64,000 bases of DNA, from positions 1,664,001 to 1,728,000 of the forward strand of contig CAWJWJ010000002.1 of NCBI GenBank assembly GCA_963846575.1, in the 5' to 3' direction. Under the pieces are notes generated by a model. The model was not told where the DNA came from and did no database searches. It worked only from the letters and a program-made list of their open reading frames with translations. Both the position numbers and the translations under genes were made by a program. Below, piece after piece: positions 48,525 through 59,688 of the stretch. Position 1 is the stretch's first letter. Each line of letters begins with the position of its first letter. Source of the stretch: an uncultured Nitrospiraceae bacterium. GTDB lineage: Bacteria; Nitrospirota; Nitrospiria; Nitrospirales; Nitrospiraceae.

Positions 48525-51500
48525 TTACTTCTTCGGAACGCACAGCTCGTACAAGCGTCCGGGCTCCGGCAGGGGTTCCCAACGCAAGATGTTCATTGCA
48601 TCATCGACATAGGCCGGTGAGCGCATGCCGTTGAGCACGGAGGTCACCCCCGGCGTGCTGGCGAGAATCCAGAGGGCCTTCTGTGACAGGGAGGCCGTAC
48701 GTGTGGGTTCAGGCAAGAGGGGATTCAAGGTTCGATGCACGTCCTCAGCACGGAGACGGCTCCGTTCGGCAGCCTCCCACTGGAGCGCTTTCAGCAATGC
48801 CAACAGCTCCGGCACATACCGGTCACGCCAGCCTTCCCACTGCTCGGCCACCGTTCCGGTGAATGCCTCCGAGAGCGCCTTCATGACCTGGTTGACGTGG
48901 GGCGCGATCATCTGTTGTTCGATCTGTTCCCAATGTTCGAGTCCCTGGACCTGGGTACGTATCCGATTCAGTTCATCGGCCCAGCGAAAGAACTCGCCCG
49001 GCAACATTCCCTGCCCGCCATGAGCCACGGCCGGCGCCAGGTCCTTCCGATACTCTTCCTCCAATCGCGCGACGCTCTGCCGCTGCCTCTCAAACTCCAC
49101 GGGGGCTGGCTGGGCCGGGACGTCAGCCAGCCGCAGGACGCCGCCCCGGGTTAAGGGCATGGCATTGAGCGGACGGTTGACCAGCACCGCCGTCCCCTCC
49201 CTCAAGGCTTCGTCCAACAAGGTGTGGTCCTCTTGGGGACCGGTGTTCCGCACCAATGCCGCACCGGATTCGTAGAGATTCATCGGGCATTGCAGGACGG
49301 CGAAGTGGTGAACGGCCACCCCGACCTTGTGGGCTGCGGCCTTAGCCGCCGCATGCATACGCGAGAGCGAGGTGGCGCCGGGATCGTCAGGGGCCGCGGT
49401 GGAGGTATTCGAAGAGACGCCATAGTGACGAAGACGCCCCGCCTGCACCTGCGTTTCACAGTATTCAAACGCCAGCTGGAGACGCGCGTAGAATTCATGG
49501 CGCAGTTCACCCACACTGCGACTCTCCGTGGCGCCAAGACGGGTCTCGTGGGAGAGAAAATATTCAGGATTATGCAGCAGGCAGACATCCAAGGTCGCCA
49601 GCCCGAGGCGATCCAGCGATTGCGTCAGTTGGTCGGCTAGAAAGTCCGGATGAATGCAATGCCAGATATCCTCACCGTATTTGACCATGTCCGGGTAGGG
49701 CTTCCCGGCTTTCTCCCGTGCCCGGGCCTGGACGAGATTCTGTCCCTGAACGTAACCGATCTTCGACACGACGATCAGTTCTTCGCGGCGCAACTCGCCG
49801 GCACCGATCAACTGTTGCAGAACATTGCCCACCAGTTGCTCGCTTTCGCCGTCCATGTAATTGGTAGAGGTATCGATCAGGTTGCATCCCAGGCGGAGCG
49901 CCTTCACCAGGGCCTCCCGCTGCTCGGCCTCCCGCTGCCCGACGCGATAGGTCCCGAACCCGAGCCGGCTTACCGTGAGACCGGTTGCCCCGAACGGCCC
50001 GAATCCCTTGGCCAGAGATCCGGTGCCGGAGCTGTCGTGAATCTTTCGCGCGGCATAGGCCGCCGTGCCTTGGACAGTCGCCGCGCCGGGCACGACTGTG
50101 CCTCCCAAGACCTTCTGCTCTAAGGGGGACGATGCGGCAGCGGGCGACAGGTGCGCCTGCAGCAGAGCCGGAAGCTCAGCCGGATCGGTAATCGGCTGCC
50201 GACAGGCGAAGTTCCGGCAGACGTAGAGTGAGGCCTTCCCGCCAATCAGCGTCTTGCCTTTCAATAAGGGATGGCTGGTCTCGGGCTCTTCAGGATTTCG
50301 ATGCGCGAGGATACGGTTCGGCAGATAGACCCGGTTCACCGCGGCGCGCAAGGGCGCCGTGCCAGGATCGTCCGGCGAGCCGATCAAGGCCACTTCCACG
50401 GGTCCAGTCGTCAGGAGATCCACCACCAGGAGACTTTTGGCGAATGCTCTTGGATAACGAGCGATCTGACGACCATAGGCGCGGACAGCCGCCGCCGCCG
50501 CACGGCGGAATTCATCCCGGTCGAAGTGGGAGGCCAATCTGGCCAGCGCCGAAGCCGCCACCGCATTCCCGCTCGGCGTCGCGCCGTCCGGTCCTTCGCG
50601 GCTCCGCATGATCAAAGCTTCGTGCCCCGTCGCCGTGGTAAAAAATCCGCCATGGGTCTCGTCGGCAAAGTCCGCCAGAAGCCGCTCGGCCAGACGGGCG
50701 GCTTCCGATAAATACCGTTCACTGCCGCCGGCTTCGTACGTCTCGATCAAGCCTTCGGCGAAATAGGCGTAGTCCTCAAGATAGGCATCCAGGTGGGCCG
50801 TGCCAGCCCGATAGGTCCGCAACAGTCGCCCATCCGGCTTGGAGAGGCTGGCAAGAAGAAAGTCCGACGCTCGACAGGCCGCATCACAGTACCTCGGCAT
50901 GTCGAACACACGCCCGGCTTCCGCCATGGCGCTGATCATCATTCCATTCCATGCCGTGATGACCTTGTCATCCAGGCCTGGAGCGATTCGTTTCGCGCGC
51001 GCCGCATAGACCTTCGGTTTGACTCGATCGAGAGTCTGCTGCAACTCATCCGCGCTGATGCCTAACTCGTTCGCCACGACGTCGATGGACTTTGGGGTAT
51101 GCAGGACATTTTTGTGTTCCCAATTCCCACCGTCGGTCACGTCGTAGTAGGCGCAGAACCGCCTCGCGTCCTCGTCACTGTCCACCGCCATCCGGATTTC
51201 TTCCGCTGTCCAGACGAAGAACTTCCCTTCGACCCCTTCGGAGTCGGCGTCGGTTGCGGAATAGAACCCTCCTTCGGGGGACGTCATTTCATTCAGGATG
51301 TAATCCAATGTCTCGCAGGCCACGCGGCGATAATTTTTGTCGCCGGTCACCTGATAGGCTTCGACGTACACGCGAGCCAGCAGGGCATTGTCGTACAGCA
51401 TTTTTTCGAAATGGGGCACCAGCCAGCGTTCATCGGTGGAGTAGCGGGCAAAGCCGCCTCCCACCTGGTCATAGATTCCGCCCGCCGCCATGGCATCAAG

Positions 51501-52223
51501 GGTTTTGCGCACCATCGTAAGGGTGTGGGCGTCGTTCGTGCGCTGGTAACAGTGCAGCAAGAGGGAGAGGCCGGTCGCCGGCGGAAACTTGGGGGCCCCG
51601 CCGAATCCTCCATGTTTGGCATCGAAGTCTTCCGCGAACTGAGTCACGGCTGTATCGAGTTCCGCTTCACCGACCGTGGTCGGGGAGGGGGCATGACCGC
51701 CTTCCTGCAGACGCGCCGTGAGACTCGCCGCCTGAGCCACGACTCCATCCCGATCTTTTTCCCAGTATTCGGCGATTTTTTGTAACAGCGTCGGAAACCC
51801 GGGCCGGCCCCATCGATCCTCAGGCGGGAAATAGGTGCCGGCAAAAAACGGTTTCTGATCCGGGGTGAGAAACACCGTCATCGGCCATCCGCCTTGATTG
51901 CGATTCAAGGCCAGGGTCGCCTGCATGTAAATTTCATCCAGATCCGGCCGCTCTTCCCGATCGACTTTGACGCAGACGAAATGGTCATTCATCAGACGGG
52001 CGATCGATTCATTTTCGAACGATTCCCGCTCCATCACATGGCACCAGTGACAGGAGGAATAGCCGATCGAGAGCAGAATCGGGCGTTTCAGGCGCGCGGC
52101 CTGAGCCAGTGCCTCAGGCCCCCAGGGATACCAGTCCACGGGGTTGTACGCATGTTGAAGGAGGTACGGACTCGTCTGATGAATGAGGCGATTCGGCTGG
52201 CGATCGGCGGTGTTGTGTGTCAT
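48525..52223 (-). CDS. YyaL/SSP411 (DUF255 thioredoxin + alpha-toroid) protein fused to an aldo-keto reductase-like domain
   Basis: [36 protein letters not shown]; then LGFGTYR, IDTSTNY..G.SE, VSKIG, LLHNPE. Confidence 0.9.
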   Translation of the reverse strand: MTHNTADRQPNRLIHQTSPYLLQHAYNPVDWYPWGPEALAQAARLKRPILLSIGYSSCHWCHVMERESFENESIARLMNDHFVCVKVDREERPDLDEIYMQATLALNRNQGGWPMTVFLTPDQKPFFAGTYFPPEDRWGRPGFPTLLQKIAEYWEKDRDGVVAQAASLTARLQEGGHAPSPTTVGEAELDTAVTQFAEDFDAKHGGFGGAPKFPPATGLSLLLHCYQRTNDAHTLTMVRKTLDAMAAGGIYDQVGGGFARYSTDERWLVPHFEKMLYDNALLARVYVEAYQVTGDKNYRRVACETLDYILNEMTSPEGGFYSATDADSEGVEGKFFVWTAEEIRMAVDSDEDARRFCAYYDVTDGGNWEHKNVLHTPKSIDVVANELGISADELQQTLDRVKPKVYAARAKRIAPGLDDKVITAWNGMMISAMAEAGRVFDMPRYCDAACRASDFLLASLSKPDGRLLRTYRAGTAHLDAYLEDYAYFAEGLIETYEAGGSERYLSEAARLAERLLADFADETHGGFFTTATGHEALIMRSREGPDGATPSGNAVAASALARLASHFDRDEFRRAAAAAVRAYGRQIARYPRAFAKSLLVVDLLTTGPVEVALIGSPDDPGTAPLRAAVNRVYLPNRILAHRNPEEPETSHPLLKGKTLIGGKASLYVCRNFACRQPITDPAELPALLQAHLSPAAASSPLEQKVLGGTVVPGAATVQGTAAYAARKIHDSSGTGSLAKGFGPFGATGLTVSRLGFGTYRVGQREAEQREALVKALRLGCNLIDTSTNYMDGESEQLVGNVLQQLIGAGELRREELIVVSKIGYVQGQNLVQARAREKAGKPYPDMVKYGEDIWHCIHPDFLADQLTQSLDRLGLATLDVCLLHNPEYFLSHETRLGATESRSVGELRHEFYARLQLAFEYCETQVQAGRLRHYGVSSNTSTAAPDDPGATSLSRMHAAAKAAAHKVGVAVHHFAVLQCPMNLYESGAALVRNTGPQEDHTLLDEALREGTAVLVNRPLNAMPLTRGGVLRLADVPAQPAPVEFERQRQSVARLEEEYRKDLAPAVAHGGQGMLPGEFFRWADELNRIRTQVQGLEHWEQIEQQMIAPHVNQVMKALSEAFTGTVAEQWEGWRDRYVPELLALLKALQWEAAERSRLRAEDVHRTLNPLLPEPTRTASLSQKALWILASTPGVTSVLNGMRSPAYVDDAMNILRWEPLPEPGRLYELCVPKK

Positions 52224-52299
52224 GCGCGAACCGTATCACGCGTCGATCAAACGGGTCAATAAAGTGATACGGGGTGAGCGGAACGTGATCGCGCCGGAC

Positions 52300-52342
52300 A
52301 AAAAAATTGGCTCGCGCCGGCCTCCGGACTCGCGAGCCAATT
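52300..52342 (-). terminator. Rho-independent terminator
   Basis: AATTGGCTCGCG...CGCGAGCCAATT followed by a T run on the minus strand. Confidence 0.85.
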
Positions 52343-52373
52343 AGAGACTAGGAAAGAACGCGGGGACCTGGAA

Positions 52374-52598
52374 TCAGTGTCCGCCCTTCTTCTCGTCTTT
52401 TTTCTTATCTTCGCCGAATACGGTCTGGGACAGGTGTCCGCCCTTCTTCTCGTCCTTCTTCTTGTCCTCACCGAGGAGAACCTGGGACAGGTGTCCGCCC
52501 TTCTTCTCGTCCTTCTTCTTCTCGTCTCCGGCAAATGACGGAGCGGTGAATGCAACGAGGATGGCTGCCGCGACAACTGCAAATAAAGCACGCTTCAT
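52374..52598 (-). CDS. Secreted 74-aa peptide with three GxxKKKDEKKGGH repeats
   Basis: AAGGAGG RBS, Sec signal ending PSFA, own terminator and promoter. Confidence 0.85.
   Translation of the reverse strand: MKRALFAVVAAAILVAFTAPSFAGDEKKKDEKKGGHLSQVLLGEDKKKDEKKGGHLSQTVFGEDKKKDEKKGGH
52377..52529 (-). repeat. 57-bp coding tandem repeat, about 2.7 units
   Basis: GTGTCCGCCCTTCTTCTCGTC at 52377, 52434 and 52491. Confidence 0.95.
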
Positions 52599-52651
52599 GG
52601 GAACCCCTCCTTGAAAGGTTGAGAAATGTGTGCCCAGCATAAGGGCGCCCG

Positions 52652-52680
52652 AGGGTAGCCAACCGGGCAGAATAAGTCAA
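52652..52680 (-). promoter_or_regulatory. sigma70-type promoter of the repeat peptide
   Basis: TTGACT-N17-TACCCT. Confidence 0.6.
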
Positions 52681-52796
52681 TGACAGAGTTCATCCACCTG
52701 GTCAGCTCCACGTGGTCGGTCTTCCGCCCCAACCGCTCCTTCTCACCCCCTGTGATAGACTCTCATAAGGGGACGTCACAGGCTAGACTATGGACC

Positions 52797-54240
52797 ATGA
52801 CCACTGACGATATCGGACCCTACTCAAACTACCGTCTGACCGTCCGTCTCGCCCTGCTCAACCAACCAGGCATCTTCGCCAAGGTGGCAGGCCTTCTGGC
52901 AGAGGAGGGGGCCAACCTCGGCGCGGTGGACATCGTCTCGGCCAATGCCGAACGGATGATCCGAGACATCACATTTGACGTGCAGAACGAAACCCATGGC
53001 GAGCGGGTACTGGAACGTCTGGAGAGTCTGCCTGAAGTGAATGTGCTCTCCGCTTCCGACCGGATTTTTTTGCTCCACCTGGGCGGAAAGATCCGGGTTC
53101 AGAGTAAAGTCCCGGTCAACACCCGGAACGTCCTCTCCATGATCTACACTCCCGGCGTAGGACGCGTCTGCCAGGCGATTGCCAAGGATCCGACCAAGGC
53201 CTATGCCTTCACCATCAAGAGCAACAGCGTGGCGGTGGTCACCGATGGCTCCGCCGTGCTTGGACTCGGCAATCTCGGCCCGGCGGCGGCGCTCCCCGTG
53301 ATGGAGGGCAAGGTCATGCTGTTCAAAGAGTTAGCCGGCATCGATGCATGGCCGATCTGTCTGGGGACTCAGGACACGGAAGAGATCATCCGCATTGTTC
53401 GCGGCATTGCTCCCGGCTTCGGTGGCATCAACCTGGAAGACATCAGCGCGCCGCGCTGCTTCGAGATTGAACGAGCGCTGAAAACCTCCCTCGACATTCC
53501 CGTCATGCACGACGACCAGCACGGGACGGCCGTCGTATTGCTGGCCGCGCTCACCAATGCGCTGAGGGTCGTCGGAAAACGCATGGAAGATGTCCGGATC
53601 GTGGTCAACGGGCTTGGCGCAGCCGGGACCGCCTGTTGCCGTATTCTCCTCGCCGCAGGGGCCTGTCATCTCGTCGGCTGCGATAAGGAAGGCATCGTCC
53701 TCATGGGGGAGGCGGAGGAACTGCGCGCCTGCCGGACGGATCTCCAGGCCTGCATCCGGCGAAACCACCCGCGTGGAACTCTGCATCATGCGCTGAAGGG
53801 AGCCGATGTGTTCATCGGACTCTCCGTGGGCAATGTGCTGAGCAAGGATGACCTCGGGCGGATGAACCAGGATCGCATCGTCTTCGCGATGGCCAATCCC
53901 GACCCCGAGATTGACCCCAGGGTGGGCGATGAAACCTCTCGAATTTTTGCGACGGGTCGTTCGGACTTCCCGAATCAAATCAACAATGCCTTGTCGTTCC
54001 CGGGAATTTTTCGTGGGGCACTCGACGCCCAGGCCAGCGAAATCAACGAAGCCATGAAACTGGCGGCAGCTCAGGCGATCGCCGACTCCGTTCCGGCGCG
54101 CCGCCCTCTCGGAAGACTATATCGTTCCGAGTGTGTTCGACCGCGAAGTCGTCCCGCGAGTCGCAAAGGCCGTGGCCGCGGCCGCACGCGCCACCAATGT
54201 CGCCAGACGCCGCATCAAGATCGACGACGACCACTACTAA
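52797..54240 (+). CDS. ACT-domain NAD(P)-dependent malic enzyme with a +1 frameshift near 54099
   Basis: YTPGV, DGSAVLGLG, MEGK, NLEDI, HDDQHGTA, QINN; true tail ALSEDYIVPSVFDREVVPRVAKAV lies in the +1 frame and ends at 54240. Confidence 0.9.
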
Positions 54241-54390
54241 CCATCCTTCAGCCGTCTCACGCCTTGTATTCTTCCTGCTTGGCGCGATGTGCGCGATGCA
54301 TGTAGAGTACGCGGATATTTTGAAGAGGGTTCTCCGCGTCCTCGTACTATGGAGACCGCACCCCACCTTGACCGTGCTCGGGAGATCGGC

Positions 54391-55650
54391 GTGACCCCCA
54401 CAACCATTCAGCTCATCGGCACGACACTGTTTGGCGTCGCCATTCTACATACCTTCAGCACCTCGATATTTCAGCACCTGGCGCATACCAGGCCAGCCCA
54501 TGCAGGATTGTGGCATTTGCTGGGCGAAGTCGAGGTCGTCTTCGGGTTCTGGGCTTCTGTTCTGATGCTCGCCATGTTCATCACCGACGGGGCGACGGCC
54601 GCCGTCCAGTATATCGATTCCTATCCCTTCATCGAACCGATGTTCGTCTTTGCCATTATGGTCATTGCCGGTTCACGCCCGATTCTGCAGACCTCGTTGC
54701 AAGGAGTGCGCATGATCAGTCGCGCGATCCCCTTGCCGGTCAATATGGGATTTTATTTCGCGGTCCTGGCGCTCGTGCCGTTGTTGGGTTCGTTCATCAC
54801 AGAAGCCGCGGCCATGACGCTGGCGGCCATGATTCTGCGCGACCGCTACTTTCGAATCGGCATCTCCAACAGTCTGAAGTACGCGACTCTGGGGGTGCTC
54901 TTCGTGAATGTCTCGATCGGTGGCACACTGACACCCTTCGCCGCCCCCCCGGTCCTGATGGTGGCCGGGACCTGGAACTGGGACATCAGCTTCATGATGG
55001 CCACCTTCGGATGGAAGGCGGCGGTCGCCGTTCTCATCAATGCGCTGGCCGTGACGATCCTGTTCCGCAGGGAACTGTGCCTGCTGCCGGCCGACTCGCG
55101 CGAGACGGATCAGGAGGCTCTCCCGATCGCCATCGTGCTGATCCATCTGTTTTTCCTTGCGGGCGTTGTCGTGTTCACGCATCATCCCGCCATATTCATG
55201 GGCGTATTTTTATTTTTTCTCGGTGTCGCCCACGCGTATGAACGCTATCAGAACCGGCTGATTCTGCGCGAAGGACTACTCGTCGCCTTTTTTCTAGCCG
55301 GACTGGAACTGTTGGGCGGGCAACAGCAATGGTGGTTGCAGCCCGTGTTGCTGGGGATGAACAGCGATTCGGTGTTCTTCGGCGCAGGAGTCCTCACGGC
55401 CTTTACGGACAACGCGGCGTTGACCTATCTCGGATCCCGGGTCGAAGGGCTGTCCGAGGAGTTCAAGTATGCCCTGGTCGCCGGAGCCGTCACCGGCGGT
55501 GGCTTGACCGTCATTGCGAATGCCCCCAATCCCGCCTGCATTGCGATCCTGCGGGGCCATTTCGAAGATGAGACCATCAGGCCGGTCGGATTGTTTGTAG
55601 CGGCGCTGCCGCCGACTCTCATGGCCGTGTTGGCATTTTGGTATTTGTAG
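54391..55650 (+). CDS. Putative Na+/H+ antiporter (DUF1504 family)
   Basis: HLLGEVEVVFG, GSFITE, NVSIGG.LTPFAAPP, TDNAALTY, GGGLTVIANAPNPA; start could be 54349. Confidence 0.82.
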   Translation: MTPTTIQLIGTTLFGVAILHTFSTSIFQHLAHTRPAHAGLWHLLGEVEVVFGFWASVLMLAMFITDGATAAVQYIDSYPFIEPMFVFAIMVIAGSRPILQTSLQGVRMISRAIPLPVNMGFYFAVLALVPLLGSFITEAAAMTLAAMILRDRYFRIGISNSLKYATLGVLFVNVSIGGTLTPFAAPPVLMVAGTWNWDISFMMATFGWKAAVAVLINALAVTILFRRELCLLPADSRETDQEALPIAIVLIHLFFLAGVVVFTHHPAIFMGVFLFFLGVAHAYERYQNRLILREGLLVAFFLAGLELLGGQQQWWLQPVLLGMNSDSVFFGAGVLTAFTDNAALTYLGSRVEGLSEEFKYALVAGAVTGGGLTVIANAPNPACIAILRGHFEDETIRPVGLFVAALPPTLMAVLAFWYL

Positions 55651-55766
55651 ACGCGCCGCGCCACACACCCGACGGCAGCCCACTCTTATCGAAGCCCGAA
55701 GGGTTGTGCTAATATGCGAGCAACCTGGGCGCAACTTGCGCGCAGGATGCCGTTCAACGAGGAACA

Positions 55767-56396
55767 GTGGCCTTTTCAACGAACCGACTTTTCAAATTCC
55801 AGCGAGGTATGCGGCGCCGGATCGGCATGCTGCGCGCCAAGAACGTAGACAGCATGGAGTTTGCCGTCGACTTTATGATGCAGGAGCGGGTCGATAGTTA
55901 TTTCCGTGTCGAGCCGGGCCTCGAAGAGGTGGAGCGCTCACTGCAGCAAATTGAAGATGAATTGGAGCAGGTCCGGGATGTATCCGGCGCCGTACGGTTG
56001 GAATCGCGGCTGGAGTTCGTCGAAGACCGCTGGGACGAACTCGACAGTGAAGTGCGCGAACGGCCGCGCCGCCGTCGACGGAAGATCAATCTCGCGGATT
56101 TCTTGAAGGCGGCAGGAGGGGAGGGCGGCTCCGGCGGCGCGAGCAGCGAGGTCACGAACGCCTACGACGCCTATCAAATACTCGGCCTGGAGTTCGGCAC
56201 GCCGCTGGCCGATGTGACCACCTCGTTCCGCCAACGCGCCAAGGAACTTCACCCGGATGCGCGCAATGGAGACCGCAGTTCTGAACCGGAACTCCGACGG
56301 ATTCTCGAAGCCTACCAATTTTTAAAAGAATTCCTGAGCCTCAGCAATACCGAACCGCCGATTTCGCGCGGCGCGGAATATCGACCCACCGAGTAA
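55767..56396 (+). CDS. C-terminal J-domain co-chaperone
   Basis: AYQILGL...KELHPD...EAY. Confidence 0.85.
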   Translation: MAFSTNRLFKFQRGMRRRIGMLRAKNVDSMEFAVDFMMQERVDSYFRVEPGLEEVERSLQQIEDELEQVRDVSGAVRLESRLEFVEDRWDELDSEVRERPRRRRRKINLADFLKAAGGEGGSGGASSEVTNAYDAYQILGLEFGTPLADVTTSFRQRAKELHPDARNGDRSSEPELRRILEAYQFLKEFLSLSNTEPPISRGAEYRPTE

Positions 56397-56399
56397 TCT

Positions 56400-57605
56400 A
56401 TGACGACCACGCAACCGGATCAAACGTTGATTACCTCCGAAAAGTCCCTGGATGCGCTGTGCGATCAACTGGTGGACAGTTCGGTCATCGCCATCGACAC
56501 CGAATTCATGGGCGAAGAACACTTCATTCCTCGCTTGGAGCTGATCCAAGTCGCGGCCGAAGGCGTGGGCGCCGTCATCGACTTTCCGGCCGTGCAGGAC
56601 ACCGCTCCTATCGCCCGATTCTGGGATATTCTCTGTAATACCGGTATCGAAAAAGTACTGCATGCCGGACGGCAGGACCTGGAGTTATTTTCTCACCACG
56701 CCGGACGTCTGCCCAAACCGTTCTTCGACACTCAGATCGCAGCGGCCATGGTCGGCTATGGCGCACAAACCGCCTATGCCAATTTGGTGCAGCGCGTTCA
56801 GGGCGTGAAGCTCGACAAGGCGCACACCTTTACCAATTGGAGTCAGCGGCCGCTGAGTCAGGAACAGCTTGTGTATGCCCTGGATGACGTCACCTTCCTC
56901 CTGCCTATTCACAAGCACTTGAGGCAAAAGCTGACGGTCATGGGCCGGTTGGAATGGGTAGATGAAGAATTTACCCGGCTGGAAGTCGCACTCGGGGCGC
57001 AAGCTCGCGATCCGCTGGAACGGTATCAACGGATCCGCGGATGGGAGAGTCTCAAGCCTCGTGCGGCCGGGGTCCTGCGTGACTTGGCTGCGTGGCGGGA
57101 AGGGGAAGCTCGCCGCCGTAATGTGCCGAGAGGACGCGTCATGCGCGACGAGGTCCTGGTGCAGTTGGCCCGGCAGACACCGGCCACGCTCGATCAACTC
57201 CGCAGCATGCGCGGCATGTACTCCTCAGAGGTGGAGCGCAATGGTCAGGCCCTCCTGACCACCATGCAGCAGGCGCTGGCGCGCCCTGCCTCGGAATGGC
57301 CGGAAGTGCCCCGTGATCGGAAACCGGACCCTGAATCCACCGGCGTATTGGAACTGCTGCAGGCGGTGCTCAAGTCCCGAGCCGCCATGGAAAACATCGC
57401 TCCGACCCTCATCGCTACCACCGGCGACCTGCAAGCCCTCGTCGAACGCACCTCGGAAGAAGTGGTCGACATCCCGGTATTGCGCGGGTGGCGCCGTCAA
57501 TTAGTCGGTGAGACCCTGCTCAGCGTTCTGGCGGGAGATCTCAAGGTGTGGATCGATCGGGAACTCGGCAAGCTTCGATTCGGCCACCTCGAGCCTCCTG
57601 CGTAA
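56400..57605 (+). CDS. rnd: Ribonuclease D
   Basis: AIDTEF, FDTQIAA, WSQRPLS..QL.YA.DDV, HRDC region, GWRR. Confidence 0.93.
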   Translation: MTTTQPDQTLITSEKSLDALCDQLVDSSVIAIDTEFMGEEHFIPRLELIQVAAEGVGAVIDFPAVQDTAPIARFWDILCNTGIEKVLHAGRQDLELFSHHAGRLPKPFFDTQIAAAMVGYGAQTAYANLVQRVQGVKLDKAHTFTNWSQRPLSQEQLVYALDDVTFLLPIHKHLRQKLTVMGRLEWVDEEFTRLEVALGAQARDPLERYQRIRGWESLKPRAAGVLRDLAAWREGEARRRNVPRGRVMRDEVLVQLARQTPATLDQLRSMRGMYSSEVERNGQALLTTMQQALARPASEWPEVPRDRKPDPESTGVLELLQAVLKSRAAMENIAPTLIATTGDLQALVERTSEEVVDIPVLRGWRRQLVGETLLSVLAGDLKVWIDRELGKLRFGHLEPPA

Positions 57606-57654
57606 TACCCATCCTCTGTCCTTTGCCCGTCACATCGTCGGCCAAACGCGACGA

Positions 57655-57930
57655 TCACGCCGGGTCGCGAGGAGATCCCGCCCGGCGGTGATTCCGACGG
57701 TCTTTCCACAACCCCAGCAACAGCGTCAGGAGTGCCAGACCGATTTCGTCAGCCAGCGGGATGACGTCCGGAATGACGATATCCGCCAGCGTGAGCAGGG
57801 CGAAGAGCACAAAAAGAGAGGGAAACCGCAGATTGAGTCGCTGCAGTATCCGACCGAGGAGGGACGGGCGGTCAACAGAACTAAATGCAACCATCAGCAT
57901 TGTCCTCCATCGTGTTGGTGGGCGCGTCAT
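57655..57930 (-). CDS. Small membrane protein
   Basis: LRFPSLF...D.VIPD.IP..DEI.L motif; start uncertain. Confidence 0.65.
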   Translation of the reverse strand: MTRPPTRWRTMLMVAFSSVDRPSLLGRILQRLNLRFPSLFVLFALLTLADIVIPDVIPLADEIGLALLTLLLGLWKDRRNHRRAGSPRDPA

Positions 57931-57954
57931 CCGGGCGCGCTCCGTTCCGCATGG

Positions 57955-58305
57955 CTACAACAGTGTGCTAATCGTGTCGGCCGGTCTCGCCAATATCGCC
58001 TTCTCCCCCTTTTCTACCAGAGGACGTTGGATGAGGTCCGGATGTTGAATCATCTGGTCGAGGAGATGGTCGTCGCTCAAGGTCTGGTCTGCGAGTTTGA
58101 GCGATTTGTAGAGATCCTCTTTGGCGCGCAGGACATCACGCACACCGAGGCCCGCCTTTCGTAGCAGGGTCTTTAAGAGGCCCTTCGTAAAGGGTTGCTC
58201 ATAATAGTTGATCGTCTTGAACGGCTGTCCGCTTTCCCTGACCAGGCGAACCGCTTCACGACAGGTCGAGCAGGTGGGCTTCTGATAAATCGTAATTTCC
58301 GCCAT
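57955..58305 (-). CDS. ArsC/Spx family thioredoxin-fold protein
   Basis: IYQKPTCSTCR, HPDLIQRP, ARP. Confidence 0.88.
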   Translation of the reverse strand: MAEITIYQKPTCSTCREAVRLVRESGQPFKTINYYEQPFTKGLLKTLLRKAGLGVRDVLRAKEDLYKSLKLADQTLSDDHLLDQMIQHPDLIQRPLVEKGEKAILARPADTISTLL

Positions 58306-58453
58306 GTGTTGCGCGTTTCCTTTCATGTGAGTTCCCTTGACGCAATTTTTTCACCTGTGTTACATCACTAGATCACACGTCTACCAGCTAACAACTATGC
58401 CGATTTTCGGAACCGACACCAGCGACCAGACAGGCAGGTTTTCCTGCGCCACG

Positions 58454-58774
58454 ATGACCCAGCGCACCCTGAAAGACCTGCGGACTAAACGCAAAGGGCA
58501 ACCGGTGTTCGTCCTCGGACACCGGCTCGAGCGAAAGGGCACAGAAGCGACATTCGAAGTCTTCAATGACCGCCTGGCCATTATTCTCTTTGAGGACAAC
58601 GTTCGTCTCGGCTACGATCCCATTGAACTCTTGCTCCCGACCGAGATCGACGACCAGGGGGTGGCCTACTTCGAAATTCGCCCCTGTCGATTGTGCGCAC
58701 AACTGTTTCCCCTCACGGCCGACGAGTGCGATGCAGACGAAGAACCGTCGTGCTGCCCCGAATGCGCCTCGTAA
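58454..58774 (+). CDS. Hypothetical protein with a C-terminal zinc ribbon
   Basis: CRLC...CPEC. Confidence 0.65.
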   Translation: MTQRTLKDLRTKRKGQPVFVLGHRLERKGTEATFEVFNDRLAIILFEDNVRLGYDPIELLLPTEIDDQGVAYFEIRPCRLCAQLFPLTADECDADEEPSCCPECAS

Positions 58775-58860
58775 GGAACACACATCATATCCTGGCCAGT
58801 TGTGAACCGGAGTGGGGTAGATGGAAGAGTCTCGTACCGACTCAGTCCCCGCAGTCGCCG

Positions 58861-59244
58861 CTAATCCGCCAGCGGGGCAATTTCCACAGCCTTCTTGATC
58901 AAACAGTCTCCCGCGAATCCCTGCAGCGGCATGGGCAACATGCTCGCATCAAGCACCCGTGCTGAACTCACCCTGAAACCGTCTCCCACCTTCGCTCCTT
59001 CCAACTTCAGCGCATGGCACACTTCGATGGTACGCCATACCGGATTCCCGAGCACTGTTTCCGCCGGGACCAGTTTCATATCCGACACGGCACCGTCGAG
59101 CAGCACCCTCGCAGCCACCTGCATCTTGTCTTTCGGCGGATGGCTGATCACCGCGAATATCGTCTGCTCTCCGTCAGCCAGCGCCGCCTGAGAGAGGGCA
59201 AGCACGACGATGACTCCCATCACGAGCGAACGGAACCGAATCAT
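58861..59244 (-). CDS. Secreted hypothetical protein
   Basis: GAGG RBS, signal peptide ending ALA, two Cys. Confidence 0.7.
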   Translation of the reverse strand: MIRFRSLVMGVIVVLALSQAALADGEQTIFAVISHPPKDKMQVAARVLLDGAVSDMKLVPAETVLGNPVWRTIEVCHALKLEGAKVGDGFRVSSARVLDASMLPMPLQGFAGDCLIKKAVEIAPLAD

Positions 59245-59246
59245 AC

Positions 59247-59495
59247 TTACCTCGTTGTCGCCTCCGAAGATGTGCCGGAAGGGAGATTCTGACCTGGTCT
59301 CACGGGAGCTGGCGATCCTGACGCACCGCCGGGGCTCGGGCCGCCGTGACTCAAAGTGCTACGGCCGACTCGCGGCTCACCTAATGTTCCTGAGGTGTTA
59401 TTCGAAGGACCGGCGGGATGATCTCGCCAAAGCATCACCAGGCCCACGCCGAGTATCAGAATTCCAGCCACTAGCAGGAGTCGCCCCAAGGTCAC
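59247..59495 (-). CDS. Single-TM protein with a G/P/S-rich tail
   Basis: N-terminal hydrophobic helix; abuts the next gene. Confidence 0.55.
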   Translation of the reverse strand: MTLGRLLLVAGILILGVGLVMLWRDHPAGPSNNTSGTLGEPRVGRSTLSHGGPSPGGASGSPAPVRPGQNLPSGTSSEATTR

Positions 59496-59688
59496 CGTTC
59501 CCTCGCATTCACGCTCGCATCTCTGTCGGTCAGTATGCCAAGCCGGTCAGTTCAATTCAAGGTGATGGCTGAGCAGGGGGCATGGATCATGGTAAGCTCA
59601 GTCAGATACCGTTCCAACCAACGATCACCGCGGGAGGCTCAGTAGTGACACCTGCGGGGGCACGCGTAGGCAGAAGGGGAGATCATTT

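Noticed and set aside
52377..52529. Repeat-spacer pattern resembling a mini CRISPR
   Set aside because: Period is 57 bp (19 codons), in frame within a signal-peptide ORF; spacers are only 18 nt and similar; no cas genes
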